Shown one piece after another: positions 10,661-20,392 of a DNA stretch of 64,000 nt. Under the pieces are notes generated by a model. It saw only the letters and a program-made list of their open reading frames with translations. It was not told the origin of the DNA and searched no databases. The stretch spans positions 52,153 to 116,152 of the forward strand of contig CAZFHY010000013.1 of assembly GCA_964519305.1 (NCBI GenBank), read 5' to 3'. The translations under genes were made by a program, and so were the position numbers. How positions within the stretch are numbered: position 1 is the stretch's first letter; each line of letters opens with the position of its first letter. This DNA is from Candidatus Undinarchaeota archaeon. Lineage in GTDB: Archaea; SpSt-1190; JASMDC01.

Positions 10661-10732
10661 TGTTCTACTGCTCCATTACAGGCGGCCGAGAAAAGGCTAT
10701 ATATTTCTTTGCCTCCTGCGCCCCCAAGGGGT

Positions 10733-12049
10733 ATGCGCGTGGTCAGCGAGGAGAGCCTGCTCATTAAGAACGGCACCATCGTCACCATGGGAGAGCAGAA
10801 CCGGGTCCTGAATGGCTCGGTGCTCATGAAGGGCGGCCGGATCGCCGAGGTCGGGAACACGAGAAGCTCTGCCGACACGGTCATCGATGCTGCGGGGAAG
10901 CTGGTCATCCCGGGAATCCCCTGCGGTCATTCCCATATGTACGGAGTGTTCTCGCGGGGCATGGCGCTCAAGTCAGAGCCCGCGACGGACTTCAAGGAGA
11001 TCTTGGAGCGTTTGTGGTGGATGCTCGACAAGGGGCTCACGCTCAAGGACGTACGGCTCTCGGCCGAGGTGTGCCTGTGTGAGGCCATCCGCTGTGGGAC
11101 CACTTCTTTCGCCGAGCACCATGCGTCGCCCAACGCGGTCACAGGTAGCCTGCAGACGATCGCCGACGCAACAGAGCGGGCCGGATTGCGTGGATTGCTG
11201 TGCTACGAGACCTCGGACCGCGACGGCGAGGACATCGCACGACAGGGCATAGAGGAGAACCGCGCCTTCGCTGCCAGCTATCGTGACCATCCTCGGATCC
11301 GTGGCAACTTCGGGCTCCATGCATCGCTCACGCTCTCTGACGAGACCCTGGCGCGGTGCGTCGAGGCCGAAGGCCCGCTGGGTTGCGGGTTCCACGTCCA
11401 CGTGGCCGAAGGCCAGTGCGATGTGGACGATGCAAAGGAAAAGTACGGTATGGGCGTTGTGGAACGGCTCCATGACCGGGGCATCTCCGGTCCGCGCTCG
11501 ATCTTTGTCCATTGCGTCCACGCCTCTGATGCGGAGAAGGACCTGTTGGCCAGTTCCAAGACCCATGTGGCCCACAATCCCGAGTCGAACATGAACAACG
11601 CCGTAGGCGTTGCCGACGTTCAGGGGATGCTGGACCGGGGCGTCAACGTCGGCCTGGGGACCGATGGTTTCACGTTCAATATGTTCCGGGAAGCGAAGAG
11701 CGCCTACGTCGTGCACAAGCTCGCCACACGGGACCCGCGATCCATGGGCGCGGACACGGTGATGGACCTGATGTTCCGTCGCAATTCCGCGATACTGGAC
11801 ATGCCCGTGGGAGAGCTGGCTCCTGGCAAGTGCGCCGATGCGGTCATCCTCGATTACGATCCGCCCACACTGCTCAACGGCGGTAACTTCCCCTGGCACT
11901 TCATGTTCGGTCTGGAGGATTACCAAGTTCGCACCGTCATCGCTGACGGGAAGATAGTGATGGAGGACCGGGTCATCAAGACACTGGACGAGTCGCGCAT
12001 CATGGCTGAGGCGCGCGAGGCATCGGCGGCCTTGTGGGACCGCCTCTGA
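10733..12049 (+). CDS. ssnA: SsnA-like amidohydrolase
   Basis: HSHMY, EILERLWW.LDK, HHASPNA, HVHVAEG, HNPESNMNN, GLGTDG. Confidence 0.8.
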   Translation: MRVVSEESLLIKNGTIVTMGEQNRVLNGSVLMKGGRIAEVGNTRSSADTVIDAAGKLVIPGIPCGHSHMYGVFSRGMALKSEPATDFKEILERLWWMLDKGLTLKDVRLSAEVCLCEAIRCGTTSFAEHHASPNAVTGSLQTIADATERAGLRGLLCYETSDRDGEDIARQGIEENRAFAASYRDHPRIRGNFGLHASLTLSDETLARCVEAEGPLGCGFHVHVAEGQCDVDDAKEKYGMGVVERLHDRGISGPRSIFVHCVHASDAEKDLLASSKTHVAHNPESNMNNAVGVADVQGMLDRGVNVGLGTDGFTFNMFREAKSAYVVHKLATRDPRSMGADTVMDLMFRRNSAILDMPVGELAPGKCADAVILDYDPPTLLNGGNFPWHFMFGLEDYQVRTVIADGKIVMEDRVIKTLDESRIMAEAREASAALWDRL

Positions 12050-12092
12050 TACGACATACTCATCGATCATAAGAAATGGAGGAGAGAAGGAC

Positions 12093-13190
12093 ATGGCTGA
12101 TATCTCGATGGACATACTCGGTATGAAGATGAAGAACCCGGTGATGCCCGCTGCGGGTCCGCCCTGCCTTGACGGTGACGCCATGGTGGCGGTCGCCGAG
12201 GGAGGTGCTGGTGCCATCGTGGCCAAGACCGTGAGCAGGCAGCCTGCGAAGGTGCCCCGACCCTGCATGTACCGGATCCGGAACAGTATGCTCAACACCG
12301 AGCTCTGGTCCGACCTGCCGGTCGAGCAGTGGATCAAGACCGAGTACAAGAAGGCACTGGCCACCGGGCTCCCCCTCATCGCAAGCCTCGGGTACAACGC
12401 CGAGGACATCGGTGAACTGGCGCCCAAGCTGGAGAAGGCCGGCGTCCACGCGCTCGAACTCTCCACACATTACCTAGGCACCGATCCCAAGCCCATGGTC
12501 GATGCTATCAAGGCGGCCAAGGAGGGAACGTCCATCCCTGTACTGCCAAAGCTCTCCCCCAACATCCTCGATATCATGGAGTTCGCCCGTGCCGCGGTGA
12601 AGGCCGGTGCCGACGGTATCGTCGCCATCAACTCGCTGGGTCCGTGCCTGACGATCGACCTTGATACGGGTATGCCCGTCCTGGGCGGCGACAGCGGGTA
12701 CGGCTGGGTGTCAGGCGACGCCATCAAACCAGTGGCCTTGCGGTGCGTATACGACATCGCCCGGGCAGTGGACGTCCCCGTCATCGGGGTGGGCGGCATC
12801 CGCACCGGACGCGATGCGGCCGAGTTCATCATGGCCGGCGCCGCAGGCGTCGGAGTGTGCACGGCCGCCATCCTCGAGGGACCATCTGTCTTCGGCCGGA
12901 TCGCCCGCGAGCTCGAGGTGTTCATGGCCGCCCATGATTACAGGACAATCGAAGACATGCGCGGCGTGGCCATCCGAAACGCCAAGGGACGCAAGGGCAA
13001 GAGCACGCCCTCCTTCCCCAAGGTCGATGCTGACCTTTGCACGGGATGCGGTTCCTGCGTCAAGCATTGTATCTACGACGCACTCACGCTCAAGGATGAT
13101 GTTGCACAGGTGGACAGGGAAAAGTGCTATGGCTGCGGGCTATGCACCTCCTACTGCGCTGTGAGGGCGATCAAGATCAAGTACTGGTGA
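12093..13190 (+). CDS. Dihydroorotate/dihydropyrimidine dehydrogenase-like FMN protein with C-terminal 2x[4Fe-4S]
   Basis: KNPVMPAAGP, VAKT, KLSPN, SGDAIKP, GVGGI, two CxxCxxCxxxC. Confidence 0.8.
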   Translation: MADISMDILGMKMKNPVMPAAGPPCLDGDAMVAVAEGGAGAIVAKTVSRQPAKVPRPCMYRIRNSMLNTELWSDLPVEQWIKTEYKKALATGLPLIASLGYNAEDIGELAPKLEKAGVHALELSTHYLGTDPKPMVDAIKAAKEGTSIPVLPKLSPNILDIMEFARAAVKAGADGIVAINSLGPCLTIDLDTGMPVLGGDSGYGWVSGDAIKPVALRCVYDIARAVDVPVIGVGGIRTGRDAAEFIMAGAAGVGVCTAAILEGPSVFGRIARELEVFMAAHDYRTIEDMRGVAIRNAKGRKGKSTPSFPKVDADLCTGCGSCVKHCIYDALTLKDDVAQVDREKCYGCGLCTSYCAVRAIKIKYW

Positions 13191-13195
13191 TTATC

Positions 13196-14440
13196 ATGGC
13201 TGACCTCGTTGTACGCAACGCCCTTCTCAGGGGCGCGGACAAGACAGTGGACATCGTCATAGAGCAAGGTCGCATCGCCGCCCTGGAGCCCAAGTTCGGG
13301 GGCAAGGCATCGACCGAGGTAGACGCGGAGGGCGGGCTGGTTCTCCCGAGTTTCACTGATCCCCATATCCACCTGGACAAGGTGCTCATCTCCGAGGTCG
13401 TACGGGACAACGTGTCCGGTAACCTGGAGGAGGCCATCGCGATCATCTGGGAGAAGAAGAAGCGCTACACTCTCGACGACATCTTGGAGCGGGCCAGCAG
13501 GACCGTCCAATGGGCGGTCTTGAACGGGACCACCCGTCTCTGCAGTCATGTGGACGTGGACACCATCGGCGGTCTCATGCCCCTGAAGGGTGTGCTCGCG
13601 GCCCGTGAGAAGTGCAAGGACATAGCCGATATCCGGATCGTGGCGTTCCCCCAGGAGGGGATCGTCCAGGACGAGGGGTGCGAGGAGCTTATGTGGAAGG
13701 CCATGGAGATGGGCGCGGACATCGTCGGAGGGATGCCCTTCAACGAGATGACGTCCGACGATTCCAAGAAGCACCTGGACATCTGCTTCGAGATCGCCAA
13801 GGAGCATGATGCTCCCCTGGACATGCACGTTGACGAGACGGACAATCCGAACGCCCGGACCCTGGAGGAGTACGCTACGCGAGCCATCAGGAACGGGTTC
13901 GTCGGTCGTGTGACGGCCGGCCATACCTGTGCTCTGTCCTCGTACGATGACCACCACGCCGCCAAGGTCATAGGACTTGTGAAGCGAGCGGAAATGAACA
14001 TGATAACCAATCCTGCCACGAACCTCATGCTGCAAGGTAGACTGGACACAGGCAACATCCGCCGCGGGCTCACCCGTGTCAAGGAACTGCTGGCAGCTGG
14101 TGTGAACGTGGCCTACGGCCAGGACTGCGTCAAGGACACATTCTATCCGACCTTCGGTCAGTGCGATCTCCTAGAAGTGGGGCTCCTGTGCGCCCATGCG
14201 GTCCAACTGTCCATGCCGAAAGAGATCGAAACGCTCATGGACATGCCCACGGTGAACGCGTCACGGATGTTCGAGGTGGCGGACTACGGAATCGCTGCCG
14301 GTAACACGGCCGATATCGTGGTGCTCGCCGAGAAGACCCCGCAAGAAGCATTCCGCACACACATGCCCCGACCTGCGGTCATCAAAGGTGGTCGCATCAT
14401 TGCCCGATCATCGATCAATCGGGAGCTGGTACGCGGCTGA
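13196..14440 (+). CDS. Cytosine deaminase (CodA)-like metal-dependent amidohydrolase
   Basis: DPHIHLDK, AFPQEG, HVDETD, GHTC, GQDC.KD. Confidence 0.8.
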   Translation: MADLVVRNALLRGADKTVDIVIEQGRIAALEPKFGGKASTEVDAEGGLVLPSFTDPHIHLDKVLISEVVRDNVSGNLEEAIAIIWEKKKRYTLDDILERASRTVQWAVLNGTTRLCSHVDVDTIGGLMPLKGVLAAREKCKDIADIRIVAFPQEGIVQDEGCEELMWKAMEMGADIVGGMPFNEMTSDDSKKHLDICFEIAKEHDAPLDMHVDETDNPNARTLEEYATRAIRNGFVGRVTAGHTCALSSYDDHHAAKVIGLVKRAEMNMITNPATNLMLQGRLDTGNIRRGLTRVKELLAAGVNVAYGQDCVKDTFYPTFGQCDLLEVGLLCAHAVQLSMPKEIETLMDMPTVNASRMFEVADYGIAAGNTADIVVLAEKTPQEAFRTHMPRPAVIKGGRIIARSSINRELVRG

Positions 14441-14445
14441 GGACC

Positions 14446-14787
14446 ATGGGTGCCGAGGACGAGCGCCTGTCGCAGGCCCAGGGAGTAATCCGCGCGTACA
14501 TGCAACGAGCTCAGGTCACGATCGACAGTCTGAAGAAGGAGAACACCTCGCTCAAGCAGGAGGTGCGTCGGCTGAAGACCGACATCGACAGGATGGTCTC
14601 CGAACTGAAGAGGGACCTAACGGGCGAGCTGAGCGAGCTGCGGGGCGTGGAGCAGAACGTGGGCGGGTTCATGTCGAACTACAACCAGCAGCTGGACATG
14701 CTACGACGAGAACTGGCCGAACTGGAAGGGCGCATCGGTGCCCTCGAACAGTTCCGCCACGACCAGGAGAATAAAGGAATCTTCTAA
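14446..14787 (+). CDS. Hypothetical coiled-coil protein
   Basis: Heptad Leu pattern; GAGG ribosome site; contiguous with flanking genes. Confidence 0.6.
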   Translation: MGAEDERLSQAQGVIRAYMQRAQVTIDSLKKENTSLKQEVRRLKTDIDRMVSELKRDLTGELSELRGVEQNVGGFMSNYNQQLDMLRRELAELEGRIGALEQFRHDQENKGIF

Positions 14788-14793
14788 CGGACG

Positions 14794-15225
14794 GTGACGA
14801 TGATGGAGTGTACTGCATGCGATATGATGGTGACCGATGTGATCACCCTTGATGAGGTTATGCTGCTGGATGAGGCCATTTCCAAGATGACCCACCACCG
14901 GGTGCACGCCGCTCCCGTTGTCCATGAGGGCAGTGTAGTCGGGATTCTCTCCGAACGCGACATCATCGCTCTGCTCGACGGGGCGCCCTACGCGCGTTTC
15001 TTCAAGTCCCACCACACCCTGCGCGAAGAGGCGGAACGTGTGGGTTCCATGGAGGTCAAAGACGCCATGGATCCGGACTTCGAGTGGCTGGAACCGGACG
15101 ATACCGTATATGACGCGGCTCGGCTGCTCCACGAGACCGGTCAGCGCATCCTGCCCGTCATCCGCAACGGGCAGCTAGAAGGCATCATCACCCGCTCCAC
15201 TATCCTGGAGCACTTGGTAAGCTAG
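14794..15225 (+). CDS. CBS-domain protein
   Basis: APVV..VVGILSERD, LPVI..GIITRS. Confidence 0.85.
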   Translation: MTMMECTACDMMVTDVITLDEVMLLDEAISKMTHHRVHAAPVVHEGSVVGILSERDIIALLDGAPYARFFKSHHTLREEAERVGSMEVKDAMDPDFEWLEPDDTVYDAARLLHETGQRILPVIRNGQLEGIITRSTILEHLVS

Positions 15226-15231
15226 GAGGTC

Positions 15232-15702
15232 ATGACCATGTTCCAGACAACCGTCGAGAGCGTAATGGAGGAACGGTTCCCTGCCGTGTCCCCGAACGAG
15301 ACCATCGAGGATGCGGTCCATACCCTACACGAGACAGGGATCGGCGAGATGCCCGTGGAGGAGGACAACATAATCCGCGGGATGTTGCGTGAAAAGGACC
15401 TGTTGCGCTTGGGGGAGCTGGACCTCAATCCATCGGACCCGTTCTTCCTCTTCACGGTGCTGTTATCCACCCCTGCGGACGAGATCCAGCGCCACGTAGA
15501 GATCCTCAATAAAGGACATGTGCGTGATGTCATGCGAAAGACGTTCGACCGTCTCGCGCCCGACGACGTTGTGAAGAAAGCGATCCATCTCCTGGCTACC
15601 GGCGACGAGGTACTTCCCGTCGTTGATGACGATGATCATCTGCTCGGCATAGTCACGCGGGACTCCGTGCTCCGGCACGTGGTCCGACATGAACCCGTGT
15701 GA
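15232..15702 (+). CDS. CBS-domain protein
   Basis: MPV..GMLREKD, LPVVD..GIVTRD. Confidence 0.85.
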   Translation: MTMFQTTVESVMEERFPAVSPNETIEDAVHTLHETGIGEMPVEEDNIIRGMLREKDLLRLGELDLNPSDPFFLFTVLLSTPADEIQRHVEILNKGHVRDVMRKTFDRLAPDDVVKKAIHLLATGDEVLPVVDDDDHLLGIVTRDSVLRHVVRHEPV

Positions 15703-15703
15703 G

Positions 15704-16225
15704 CTAGCGCTCCGCCTCCAGTCGTTCGCCGCCCGTGCAGTAGGAAGATCCCCCAAGATGCTGGAGCAGGCTCAACCTGTCCAAACCTGGATCGGCGTGC
15801 ATGGCGACTACCTCGGCCACGAAGATCGTGTGGTCTCCCGCAGGGTGGGCCGCCGTCACTCTACACTCCACAGCAGCAGGACAGCTATCCAGAATGAGTG
15901 TGTCGACCTCATCACCCGTTCGTCCGGTGAGCCCGAGACTTGCGAGCTTGTCACCTGAGCGACCGCTTGTACAACCTGCTGTGTGGACCTCCGTCAGGAG
16001 GTCCTTTCCGGGCACGTTGAGGATGAACTCACCCTCACGCTCGACGAGCGAATGGGTGTGACGCTCAGGAGCGATGCTCACCGCTAGGAGCGGAGGTCGT
16101 ACTGACACAGGCATAACCCATGCTGCGGGCATGGTGTCATGACGTTCATTCTCCCGGTCCCGGGCGGTGACGAGCACCACGGGAGGTGCCGGAAGCAGGG
16201 TGCGATAAGCGGTGACGGAGGGCAT
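15704..16225 (-). CDS. Flavin reductase-like (flavoredoxin) protein
   Basis: PVVLVT, WVMPVS..PP, SGR..DK, ECRV, GDHTIFVAEV. Confidence 0.85.
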   Translation of the reverse strand: MPSVTAYRTLLPAPPVVLVTARDRENERHDTMPAAWVMPVSVRPPLLAVSIAPERHTHSLVEREGEFILNVPGKDLLTEVHTAGCTSGRSGDKLASLGLTGRTGDEVDTLILDSCPAAVECRVTAAHPAGDHTIFVAEVVAMHADPGLDRLSLLQHLGGSSYCTGGERLEAER

Positions 16226-16272
16226 GGCCCTTCAGGTCTTCAAGAGAGATAAAAAGATATCCTCTGTCCCCC

Positions 16273-16779
16273 TCACTTCCCATCGTACACGATCTCTGAA
16301 CCGAGGCAGCGCTTGTACTCCTTGAGGATTATGTAGGTGTGCTCGTTGTTGATCCCCTCAATCTTGAATATCTCGTTGCTCAGGAAGGAGTTCAGGTCCT
16401 CCTGGTCCTTGAATATCCCGTGTACCATGAGGTTGAAATTACCTGACACCGAGTACATGAGGGTCACCTGGGGAAGCACTTTGAGTCTGTTGGTGACAGC
16501 CTCCACCATGCTGGGGGATATGTTCAGACCGAAGATGACCGTGATGTTCTTCCCAAACTTCTTCGGATCGATGGCAGTGATGAAGCCAGTGATATATCCT
16601 TCCTCTCTGAGTCGTTTCACACGTGTACCCACAGTGACCGAGGATATTCCGATCTCCTGTCCGATCTTGCGGAACGACTTTCGAGCATCATTGTAGAGAT
16701 GGGTGAGAATCCTCTTGTCGATCGAGTCGATACCGATCGACGGGTCCATTCTTGCTTGGACACGCTTTTTGGTTTGCAT
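16273..16779 (-). CDS. Lrp/AsnC transcriptional regulator
   Basis: IDKRIL..L..DARKSF..IG, RVKRLREEGYI, VSGNFNL. Confidence 0.9.
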   Translation of the reverse strand: MQTKKRVQARMDPSIGIDSIDKRILTHLYNDARKSFRKIGQEIGISSVTVGTRVKRLREEGYITGFITAIDPKKFGKNITVIFGLNISPSMVEAVTNRLKVLPQVTLMYSVSGNFNLMVHGIFKDQEDLNSFLSNEIFKIEGINNEHTYIILKEYKRCLGSEIVYDGK

Positions 16780-16973
16780 TGGAATGATGAACCATCCGTT
16801 CGCTTAAAACACTTCGCATTTTCAGCCTTTCATCTTTCCAAATAAAAACGCGATTTGAATACCTCTGAAGGCTACTAATTCTCCCTCGAAAAAAAATCGA
16901 AAAACCACCCATAAATAGTAAAAAACCTGTTTTTCAATTGTTAGTAGAATTCTGTTGTTGATTTAGGATTTCT

Positions 16974-16995
16974 AAGAAAATTGGCCAAATTTCTT
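16974..16995. promoter_or_regulatory. 22-bp near-perfect palindrome in the lrp/hdrA divergent intergenic region
   Basis: AAGAAAATTGGCCAAATTTCTT (10 of 11 pairs), ~35 bp upstream of TATA-like CTTAAAA at 17031. Confidence 0.5.
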
Positions 16996-17090
16996 TGTAG
17001 TTATGCGGTGTTTTCCCCTCATTAACAAACCTTAAAAGTCTGCTCTCGTTGGGCGAACACATCATGCCGGAAAGGCAGGGGTCTGATTCC

Positions 17091-19046
17091 ATGAAGATTG
17101 GCGTCTATATTTGTGACTGTGGAATAAATATCGGGGCAACGGTGGACGTACCCGCCGTTGTTGAGTTCGCAAAGACGTTGCCCAACGTCATTGTCGCTCG
17201 GGAGAACAAGTACACGTGCTCGGATCCGGGTCAGGAGACGATCAGGAAGGATATCAAGGAGCTCGGTGTGGACCGAATTGTGGTAGCTGCGTGCTCCCCT
17301 CGGATGCACGAGCCGACCTACCGGAACGTGCTGAAGGATTGCGGTCTGAGCCCCCATCTCCTTGAGATGGCCAACATCCGGGAGCAGTGTTCCTGGGTGC
17401 ACAAGGACAGGGCTGTCGGGACACCGAAGGCGAAGCAAATCGTCGCCGGTTCGGTCGCGCGAGCTGCGCTCCTTGAACCGCTCGAGTACCTAGAGGTCCC
17501 AACCATCCCCTCCGTGCTCGTGATCGGGGGCGGTATAGCGGGAATCCAGGCGGCACTCGATAGCGCTGACAAGGGATTCAAGACCTACCTTGTCGAGAAG
17601 GATCCCAGCATCGGCGGAAAGATGGCCCAGCTGGACAAGACATTCCCCACCATGGACTGTTCCGCGTGCATCCTCACCCCGAAGATGGTGGACGTGGCTA
17701 GGCATCCCAACATCGAACTAATCACCTACGCGGAGATCGAAGAGGTCTCCGGTTTCATCGGTAACTTCAAGGTGAAGGTCAAGAAGAAGACCCGGTTCGT
17801 CGACATAGAGAAGTGCAACGGTTGCGGTGAGTGCGCCGCAAACTGCCGTATGAAAGACCGCATCCCTAACGAGTTCGACGCCAACCTCGGCAAGCGGAGC
17901 GCGATCTACGTACCGTTCCCACAGGCAGTCCCGTTGAGGATGACGATCGATCCGGAGAAGTGCCTCATGCTCACTCTCGGCAAGTGCGGGAAGGGCCCCC
18001 TGTGCCAGGAGGCTTGCGACCGTGGTGCGATCGACTTCGAGCAGAAAGAGGAGATCGTGGAGCTGGACATCGGCTCCATCATCGTTGCCACCGGTTTCGA
18101 CCTATTCGATGCGAAGAGGAAGCCCAACTACGGCTATGGGACGTCCCCGCGCGTCATCACCGGCCTTGAGTTCGAGCGCATAGTCTCGGCCTCCGGCCCT
18201 TCCGGCGGTCACATCGAGATCGACGGCAAGGAACCGAAGAACGTGGCGTTCATCCAGTGCGTAGGTTCACGTGACAAGGAGACGAACGAGTACTGTTCGC
18301 GAGTCTGTTGCATGTACACGGCCAAACACGCCCACATGGTCCGGGACAAGCTCCCTGACTCCAACGTCATCGTGTACAATACAGATGTCCGCGCTTTCGG
18401 GAAGGGTTTCGAGGAGTTCTATAACAGGGTCAAGGACGAAGGCGTCGAGTACCGGCGACGGGAGCTCGATCAGAGCATCGAGGTCACCCCTGAGGGGGAT
18501 TCCGTGATCGTGAAGGCCGAGGGACACCCCGACTTCGCCGCCGATCTGGTCGTGCTGGCCACGGCCATCGAGCCGAGGCTGGACTCGAAGGAGCTGAAGA
18601 ACCAGCTGAAGATCTCATGCAGCCCGGACACGTTCCTCTTAGAGGCGCACCCGAAGCTGCGCCCCATCGACACGTTCACAGATGGCATATTCCTAGCCGG
18701 GTGCTGCCAGGGGCCCAAGGACATCCCTGACGCTGTTGCCCAGGCGAGCGGTGCCGCCGTGCGTGCCTGTATCCCCCTCGCTCAGGGGAAGGTCAGCGTG
18801 GAGCCTATCTTCGCTGCTATCGACGATGACTCATGCTCGGGATGCCGGGTATGTGAGAGCCTGTGCCCCTATGGCGCCCTGGAGTTCGATGCCGAGGAGA
18901 AGACCATGAAGATCCAGCAGGTACTCTGCAAGGGATGCGGGACCTGTGGTGCGGCCTGTCCCTCGGGTTCGATTACCATGAGCCATTTCAGTGACAGCCA
19001 GCTGATCGCGCAGCTTGTGGCCATCATCAAGAGCGGAGGTGCTTAA
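17091..19046 (+). CDS. hdrA: Heterodisulfide reductase subunit A (full length)
   Basis: [51 protein letters not shown]-terminal 2x[4Fe-4S]. Confidence 0.95.
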   Translation: MKIGVYICDCGINIGATVDVPAVVEFAKTLPNVIVARENKYTCSDPGQETIRKDIKELGVDRIVVAACSPRMHEPTYRNVLKDCGLSPHLLEMANIREQCSWVHKDRAVGTPKAKQIVAGSVARAALLEPLEYLEVPTIPSVLVIGGGIAGIQAALDSADKGFKTYLVEKDPSIGGKMAQLDKTFPTMDCSACILTPKMVDVARHPNIELITYAEIEEVSGFIGNFKVKVKKKTRFVDIEKCNGCGECAANCRMKDRIPNEFDANLGKRSAIYVPFPQAVPLRMTIDPEKCLMLTLGKCGKGPLCQEACDRGAIDFEQKEEIVELDIGSIIVATGFDLFDAKRKPNYGYGTSPRVITGLEFERIVSASGPSGGHIEIDGKEPKNVAFIQCVGSRDKETNEYCSRVCCMYTAKHAHMVRDKLPDSNVIVYNTDVRAFGKGFEEFYNRVKDEGVEYRRRELDQSIEVTPEGDSVIVKAEGHPDFAADLVVLATAIEPRLDSKELKNQLKISCSPDTFLLEAHPKLRPIDTFTDGIFLAGCCQGPKDIPDAVAQASGAAVRACIPLAQGKVSVEPIFAAIDDDSCSGCRVCESLCPYGALEFDAEEKTMKIQQVLCKGCGTCGAACPSGSITMSHFSDSQLIAQLVAIIKSGGA

Positions 19047-19048
19047 TC

Positions 19049-20392
19049 ATGAGGATTGGTGTATACGTTTGCGAGTGCGGTATCAACATCGCCGCCACCG
19101 TCGATGTGGAGAAGGTGGCGAAGGCCGCAGAGAGCCTGCCCGGCGTGAAGATCTCACGGTACTACAAGTACATGTGCTCGGACCCGGGCCAGGACATGAT
19201 CAAGAAGGACATCAAGGAGCTCAAGCTCGACCGCGTCGTCGTGGCGTCCTGCTCTCCCTTGATGCACGAACCTACCTTCCGAACTGCCTGTGAAGAGGCG
19301 GGCCTCAACAAGTACTGCTTCGAGATGGCCAACATCAGGGAGCAGTGCTCATGGGTGCACAAGGACAAGGAGAAGGGGACCGAGAAGGCCCTCGCCATCG
19401 TCCGAGCGTCCGTAGCTAAGGCCGCTCTCCTCCAGGCCATGGACGAGAAGCAGGTCCCTGTGACGAAGAAGGCGATGGTGATCGGCGGCGGTATCGCCGG
19501 TATCCAGACCGCGCTGGACATCGCCGACATGGGCTTCCCCGTGACCCTGGTGGAGCGCGAGCCCAGCGTAGGTGGGCACATGGCCCAGCTGGACAAGACA
19601 TTCCCCACCCTGGACTGCTCTGCATGCATCCTGACCCCCAAGATGGTCGACGTGGGAAGGCATCCCAACATCGAGCTCCTGACCTTCGCCGAGGTCGAGG
19701 AGATCGACGGCTTCGTAGGTAACTTCAACGTCAAGGTCAGGAAGAAGGCTAAGTCCATCGACACGGAGAAATGCACGAGCTGCGGTGAGTGCATGATCAA
19801 CTGCTTGGTCCGGTACCTCCCCCAACCCCAAGAGGTCCCGAGCATCCGTGACTCCATCGATGAGGACACCCTCAAGAAATACGATGCAGTCATCAGCAAG
19901 CACGAGGGCGGCGCCCTCATTCCGGTCCTACAGGACATCAACGCGACGTTCAACTACCTGCCTGCGGACGCCCTTGCCTGCGTTGCAGAGAAGCTGGAGC
20001 TCCCGCTGAGCCAGGTGTTCCACGTGGCGACCTTCTACACGGCCTTCAGCTTGGAGCCGCGCGGTGAGCACCTCATCAAGGTCTGCCTCGGCACTGCCTG
20101 TCACGTGCGGGGTGGCCATGGGGTCCTGGACGAGATCGTGCGACAGCTCGGTATCCAGCCCGGTGAGACCACCGAGGACAAGAAGTTCACACTGGAAACG
20201 GTCAACTGTCTCGGTTGCTGTGCCCTCGGCCCAGTGGTCGTTATCGATGACCAGTACTACCCGACGTCCCCCAGGAAGGTGGGCGCACTGCTCAATGAGT
20301 ACCGGACCACGGGAGGGGCCGGGATCAAGCCGGTCGCCCCCCCTGAGCAAACACTTGAGGAGCTGACGGAAACGGGAGGTGGACGAATATGA
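19049..20392 (+). CDS. Fusion: N-terminal half of HdrA + NuoE/HydC-like [2Fe-2S] domain
   Basis: HdrA motifs to [11 protein letters not shown], then [29 protein letters not shown]. Confidence 0.9.
   Translation: MRIGVYVCECGINIAATVDVEKVAKAAESLPGVKISRYYKYMCSDPGQDMIKKDIKELKLDRVVVASCSPLMHEPTFRTACEEAGLNKYCFEMANIREQCSWVHKDKEKGTEKALAIVRASVAKAALLQAMDEKQVPVTKKAMVIGGGIAGIQTALDIADMGFPVTLVEREPSVGGHMAQLDKTFPTLDCSACILTPKMVDVGRHPNIELLTFAEVEEIDGFVGNFNVKVRKKAKSIDTEKCTSCGECMINCLVRYLPQPQEVPSIRDSIDEDTLKKYDAVISKHEGGALIPVLQDINATFNYLPADALACVAEKLELPLSQVFHVATFYTAFSLEPRGEHLIKVCLGTACHVRGGHGVLDEIVRQLGIQPGETTEDKKFTLETVNCLGCCALGPVVVIDDQYYPTSPRKVGALLNEYRTTGGAGIKPVAPPEQTLEELTETGGGRI

Noticed and set aside
8610-10706. Terminal direct repeats of the AT-rich insert (GAAAATGGCCATAT vs GAAAAGGCTATAT)
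   Set aside because: Gapped, weak match; the right copy is better explained as the BRE/TATA of ssnA
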